Notes under the pieces: generated by a model
What the model saw: only the letters and a program-made list of their open reading frames with translations
Databases searched by the model: none
What the model was told of the DNA's origin: nothing
Program-made: the position numbers and the translations under genes
Assembly: GCA_964444425.1 (NCBI GenBank)
Contig: CAYUHK010000005.1
Span: 4,031-68,030, forward strand
Source: an uncultured Verrucomicrobiota bacterium
GTDB taxonomy: Bacteria; Verrucomicrobiota; Kiritimatiellia; JAAZAB01
Reading direction: 5' to 3'
DNA: 64,000 bases
Shown here: in pieces, positions 56,645 through 64,000 of the stretch
Layout: every line of letters begins with the position of its first letter
Position numbering within the stretch: the first letter of the stretch is position 1

Positions 56645-57043
56645 ATGGTCCGAAACTTGAGCATTTGGGCGACTATAAGCATAGGGGTGTTGGCGATCTT
56701 GATCAGCATCACTCAAGCGGAAATAAAAGGAACGCACAATTGAAAATTTTGTCGGCACCCAAAACCCAAGGCTCGATCTCGCTTGAAGAAAGCATAGCTC
56801 GCCGCCGTATCAGAGCGGACGACTCGTAGATATGGTCAACGAGGCATGATGTATATCTACATGGAGGCAGGCCATATTGCTGAGAACGTACAGTTGCAAG
56901 CAGTGGCCTTGGGGCTTGGCGCAGTCCCTATGGGTGCTTTTGATGAAGCATTGGTTAGCAAGGCGCTGGCCATTCCGCGCGGAGAACAGCCTCTATATTT
57001 AATTACTATCGGCCAGCCAGACCAGGGGGCCGTGGGACAATAA
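56645..57043 (+). pseudogene. Decayed nitroreductase-family (NfsB/SagB-like) gene remnant: multiple frameshifts plus an internal deletion
   Basis: Frame 1 (from ATG 56645) gives the signal-anchor-like MVRNLSIWATISIGVLAILISITQAEIKGTHN*. Frame 2 gives ...ISLEESIARRRIRADDS* (a nitroreductase N-terminal-like block, stop at 56827-56829). Frame 3 (56846-57043) gives the nitroreductase C-terminal block EAGHIAENVQLQAVALGLGAVPMGAFDEALVSKALAIPRGEQPLYLITIG. The central ~100 aa are missing. Confidence 0.5.
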
Positions 57044-57062
57044 TAGGCTGCCGGCGGCCTAT

Positions 57063-59249
57063 TCAAGGCCTTGGGCGGCGTGCTCGGGCATGTTTGGAGC
57101 CCTGCCGATCAATATTCCTGGCATAGGTTACCTTTTCTTCAGCCAGAACGAAGTCTATTTGGCGTTTATCAAAATCAACGCGAGATACACATACTTTTAC
57201 GCGCGCGCCAAAGGCGTAGGTAAGCGTGCCGACACGTAGAGTTTCGCGCTGGGCATCGTAGCGCACAAAGCCCTTAGAGATAGTGGAGACATGCACCAAA
57301 CCCTGTATTTGTAGACGAATAAGCTCAACGAACATTCCAAAGTTCTTAACTTTAACCACGGTAGCATCGTAAACCAGCGGTTTCCGCTGCTGGAGCTGTT
57401 GCTCCAAGAAACGATACTTCTTGATTTCTAATAAGGCCTTTTCGGCAGCATCGGCCGTTTGTTCTGTTTCGGAACAATGTGTGCCAAGCATCTTTAATTC
57501 GCTATGGCTATAAGGGTTCCGGCGCCGCGCCAGTCGTGCGATTAGAATGCGATGTGCGACAAGGTCAGGATAGCGTCGGATCGGCGAAGTAAAATGAGCA
57601 TAAAAACGTTTGGCCAACCCGAAATGACCCAGGGATGCAGGCGAATAGACTGCGCGTTGCATGCTTTTTAAAACCATCAACTTAGCATCGTATTCCAGCG
57701 GATGACCTTTAAGCGATTTTAAAAACGCGGTCATGATCTTTCTCTTGGCAAGGTCAGCGACCTTGAAGCCCATTTCGGCTAAGTGAGCAGAGAGCTGCTC
57801 AATCTTTGGTTGCGCGGGCGGCTCATGTACACGCCGCAGCAGGGCATAGCCCTGACTGCTCAATTCGCGATCCACCGCTTCATTTGCAGCAACCATGCAT
57901 TCCTCGATAAGCTGATGCGAAATATCGTTTATGTTCTGGCGGATATCCAGGATCATGCTATCGGGTCCCATAATGACTTCATATTCCGGGATATCTAAAT
58001 CCAGCGCATGTTGAGCAAAACGCCGCTTGCGCATTTGCTGAGCCAATTCATGAATGGCCTGGAGCGTGGTTAAGGCCTCAGCATTGAGGCCATCAGCTAT
58101 CGTGCCGCTCTGTAAGGCTGCCAAGGCCTGTTCATATGTTAGGCGCAGTCGGGAACGAATGATGCTTCGTCCAAACTCCGTATGCAGAGGCACGCCATAA
58201 GCGTCATAGGTAATCATAACAGAGAAGGCAAGTCGATCTAACCCTGGCCGCAAACTACAGAGGTTATTAGAAAGCTGCTCAGGAAGCATAGGCAGCACTT
58301 TATCGGGCAGATATACGCTATTGCCGCGCTGGCGCGCCTCAGCATCCAAAGCGTTTCCGGGGACTACAAAATGTGCTACATCGGCAATATGTATACCCAA
58401 CACGCGGCGGCCTTGGCTATCCCTAGCCAGCGACAAGGCATCATCAAAGTCGCGCGCTGTAGTTGGATCAATCGTAAAAATGAATTGGTTACGCAAGTCC
58501 CAGCGTTCGCCTGGTTTATTCGCTAATACCTGACAGCTTTCGGCCTCTCGAAGCACGGCGGGCGGGAATTCCTCGGATAAGCCGTAATGCCGAATAATTG
58601 CTAACGTATCCAAGGCCGGTTGAGATGCTGGGCCCAAAACCTCAATGATTTCAGCCTCTGGATTAACATGCCGATTCGACCATTCGGTGAACTGGATAAC
58701 CACTCGATCGTTCACTTTAGCACCCTTGGCGTCCGGAACATAAAAAGCCTGGGTATAGGCTGGGTCAATAGGTACCACATAATGAAATTTTGAGGTCGCT
58801 TTTAACGTGCCGGTTAAAGCCTTGCTAGATCGTTCGAGAATACGGATAACCTTACCAGTTAGTCGCCGACCCGGCGCGGTTTGGCTAGGGTCCACTCGCG
58901 CTACCACCCGATCGTGTGGCAGAGCCGTGCTCAAGTTGTTCCGCGGGATGAACAGGTCCGCTGAGCCGTCCAAGGGCTCTACCCAACCATCGCCCGAGCG
59001 CAGAATATATATGGTCCCAGTGACCAAATCAGCTGGTTGGCCTAGCAAGTAATGATCATGTCGAATGCGAACTATGGCTCCTGCCTGAACCAGGGCGTTC
59101 AACAGTAAGAACAGTCGCTTACGCGCTCCGCCGCGCAGGCCCAGCCTGGCGGCGATCTGGGCCTCGCGCAGTGGTTGATTGCGCGCTGTAAGCAAAATCT
59201 GCATCACGCGATCTTGTAAAGGTTCCGGAGATTTCTTAGGCATATTCAT
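57063..59249 (-). CDS. rnr: Ribonuclease R
   Basis: N-terminal HTH/cold-shock region, RNB catalytic domain (FTIDPTTARDFDDALS...HFGLA...YAHFTSPIRRYPDLVAHR), C-terminal S1 domain and a basic tail. Confidence 0.85.
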   Translation of the reverse strand: MNMPKKSPEPLQDRVMQILLTARNQPLREAQIAARLGLRGGARKRLFLLLNALVQAGAIVRIRHDHYLLGQPADLVTGTIYILRSGDGWVEPLDGSADLFIPRNNLSTALPHDRVVARVDPSQTAPGRRLTGKVIRILERSSKALTGTLKATSKFHYVVPIDPAYTQAFYVPDAKGAKVNDRVVIQFTEWSNRHVNPEAEIIEVLGPASQPALDTLAIIRHYGLSEEFPPAVLREAESCQVLANKPGERWDLRNQFIFTIDPTTARDFDDALSLARDSQGRRVLGIHIADVAHFVVPGNALDAEARQRGNSVYLPDKVLPMLPEQLSNNLCSLRPGLDRLAFSVMITYDAYGVPLHTEFGRSIIRSRLRLTYEQALAALQSGTIADGLNAEALTTLQAIHELAQQMRKRRFAQHALDLDIPEYEVIMGPDSMILDIRQNINDISHQLIEECMVAANEAVDRELSSQGYALLRRVHEPPAQPKIEQLSAHLAEMGFKVADLAKRKIMTAFLKSLKGHPLEYDAKLMVLKSMQRAVYSPASLGHFGLAKRFYAHFTSPIRRYPDLVAHRILIARLARRRNPYSHSELKMLGTHCSETEQTADAAEKALLEIKKYRFLEQQLQQRKPLVYDATVVKVKNFGMFVELIRLQIQGLVHVSTISKGFVRYDAQRETLRVGTLTYAFGARVKVCVSRVDFDKRQIDFVLAEEKVTYARNIDRQGSKHARARRPRP

Positions 59250-59267
59250 AAAAACTATTCCTATTTA

Positions 59268-59543
59268 TTAAAAGTGGATATCAAAGGTGTCTAGGCTCCC
59301 ACTCGGCGGCTGCGGATTCGCCTGCCAGTCAGTTACGTAAGCGCCAGCTGGGCCTTGGCGACTCCAAGTCAACATTTGGTTCAAGATATCTGGCGGGCCT
59401 TCGGCGACGATTTCAACGCTGCCATCAGGCAAATTTTTAACCCAACCATATAGCCCCAGCCGCCGCGCTAGCTGTCGGCATGTGAATCGGAAACCGACTC
59501 CTTGAACGCGGCCCTTCACTAGGATATGTACGCGCGCGGTCAT
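59268..59543 (-). CDS. acyP: Acylphosphatase
   Basis: 91 aa with [41 protein letters not shown], the acylphosphatase signature. Confidence 0.8.
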   Translation of the reverse strand: MTARVHILVKGRVQGVGFRFTCRQLARRLGLYGWVKNLPDGSVEIVAEGPPDILNQMLTWSRQGPAGAYVTDWQANPQPPSGSLDTFDIHF

Positions 59544-61268
59544 CGCGAAGAACCATTTTGAAGGTTGGAGTTGCCAAGCGGATAAAAGAGATGCTTAAGA
59601 TGAGGAGATTTATAAATGCCAAAATGCAATAGCATTAATTCCAAGACCTTGTCAAGCAGCAACTTCATTTGATTTTTCAGCATTTAATGCTCAAGCGTTT
59701 TTTGTACAACCGGATCCAGCCGGCCATCAGCAGTGCTAACGTTGCGCCCAATAGGCAGATTTGTGCGAATAGGTCGCCATAGATCGTATAAGCGGTTAAG
59801 GGCATTTCAGGATCGGGCAGGATGATTGTTTGGGCCGTGCAGGCCGGCGGCGTGTTAGGAACATGCCCGGGGGGCAGCATCTTGGATACTTTGCCGACGC
59901 GGTCAATGAAACAAGTGATGCCGGTGTTAGTTGAGCGCGCGCAGGGGGTACGGTTTTCGATGCACCGGAATATACCTTGAAGCATATGTTGACGAGACGC
60001 CCAAGACGGATCGAACCAGGCATCATTGGTTTGGTTAATGATCAGGCGCGCACCAGCGCGCACGGCATTCCGAGCCAGCGCGGCCACGGTATCCTCAAAG
60101 CAAATCAGCACCGCAAATGTCTTGTGAGTTGAGCCTAGTCGAAAGATGGTTTGAATGGTTCCAGCTGTAAAGCTTTCTTCAATGGGCGTTAGCCAACGCA
60201 GAAATGGTAAGACGTGGCTCAAGGGAACATATTCACCAAAAATTACTAGATGTTGTTTTTCGTATTTTTGAGTCAGTCCCTGTTCGGGCTCGAACAGAAA
60301 TGAGCTATTGAAATAACGCAGCTCTGCGCCATTTTCTGCATAGTCCATGGCGCCGACCAGAATTGGAACGCCAGCTTTCAGCAGGTTGGCAATCAGCTCT
60401 TCGGTGGAGGGGCATCCACGGACGAAGGCGGGTACGGCTGTTTCGGGCCATACCACCAATTCGGGATTATGGCGTTGAATGGCGCTACTGGTGATTTGCT
60501 GCAGGCGTGCTTCGATCGCCGCGCCATATTCAGCGGCCCATTTTTCAAACTGAGGTATATTTAATTGCACTAAAGCTACTCGCAGGGTCCCCCCAGCTTG
60601 ACTTTGTACACGCCTGATTGCGCTGGATCCGTGCATCCAAACCAAGAGCAGCAGGCTGAGGCCGGCGGCCAGGGGCCAAGCCATTCGCCACCAGGCCGGC
60701 CGGGGTGTCTGGTTGAACTTGATCCAAAACAAGGCCAAGGCCGTGTTAATAAATGCCACCAGGAAGGAGACGGCATAAACGCCTCCCCATTCGGCGCATT
60801 GAATCAAAGGCAAGGCGCTGGCTAGAGCTACGCCCAGCTGGTTCCAAGGAAAGCCGGTAAACAGAGTGGCCCGGATATATTCCAAGCCCACCCAGATTGC
60901 TGGGATAATAAAAAGCGTAAGCAGCGTCTCTAGATTAGGCCGGCCCTTGCGGCAGCTTAAAATCAGAGAGCTTAACATAGAAAATACTGCGATAAATAAG
61001 GCGCAATACAGGCCGAGCAATAGCCAGCCCGCCCCAGATGCTCGTGCTAACCAAGCAATGGAAAGCCACCAGAACGCCAGTCCGCCACCTAAGCCGGCGC
61101 GAAATGATGTCCCCGCTGGCTGGCGCGCGGCGACAACTAGCAGAGGCACCAGGGCTACCCAAACGGCGGCATTCCATGCCAATGGCGGAAAAGCGGCAAA
61201 GAGCAACAGACCGGAAAGCATCGCGGCCAATTCAGGTTTTTTTGCGATATTCCGCCAGCGCCAATGAA

Positions 61269-64000
<2,732 letters not shown>

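Noticed and set aside
59679-59691. 13-bp perfect palindrome AGCATTTAATGCT overlapping the lnt stop codon
   Set aside because: Palindromes of 6+1+6 are expected roughly a dozen times by chance in 64 kb. No U-tract or promoter context supports a function.

Overview
This 64-kb window is a bacterial chromosomal segment spanning the replication-origin region; GC is roughly 55-58% by eye, and no rRNA, tRNA, CRISPR array, transposase or integrase was recognised. dnaA and dnaN lie on the minus strand. They are followed by a ~0.5-kb AT-rich candidate oriC and then plus-strand housekeeping genes (M24 aminopeptidase, kpsF/gutQ, nifU-nifS, smc). Other recognisable housekeeping genes are rny, xseA-xseB-dxs-tlyA-nadK, a MATE exporter, dprA, comM/yifB, yebC-ruvC-ruvA, a radical-SAM protein, an EF-G2-type paralog, the PiT/DUF47 phosphate pair, dCMP deaminase, hisC, pheA, scpA-scpB, trpS, rnr, acyP, lnt and a partial secA. 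Diderm markers (lnt, kpsF) together with RNase Y suggest a Gram-negative outside the classical gammaproteobacteria (PVC-like, spirochaete or deltaproteobacterial are speculative guesses). Accessory content worth a second look: (i) A ~11-kb cluster (9.2-20.6 kb) holds three mutually homologous large secreted proteins. One carries a C-terminal GH5 catalytic module and two carry a GH2-N-like sugar-binding beta-sandwich. A translationally coupled small secreted protein and an abutting cytoplasmic unknown complete it. This is the best candidate for an undescribed glycan-processing system. (ii) An IclR-linked gene encodes a tandem fusion of two QueG/RdhA-like Fe-S modules. (iii) A lipoprotein SGNH hydrolase with an in-frame (GGT)6 tract sits in a cassette with a methyltransferase and an epimerase. 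(iv) A decayed nitroreductase pseudogene. (v) A visibly AT-richer island covers dnaN-dnaA-oriC. All calls rest on motif-level reading of the supplied translations; no database searches were run.
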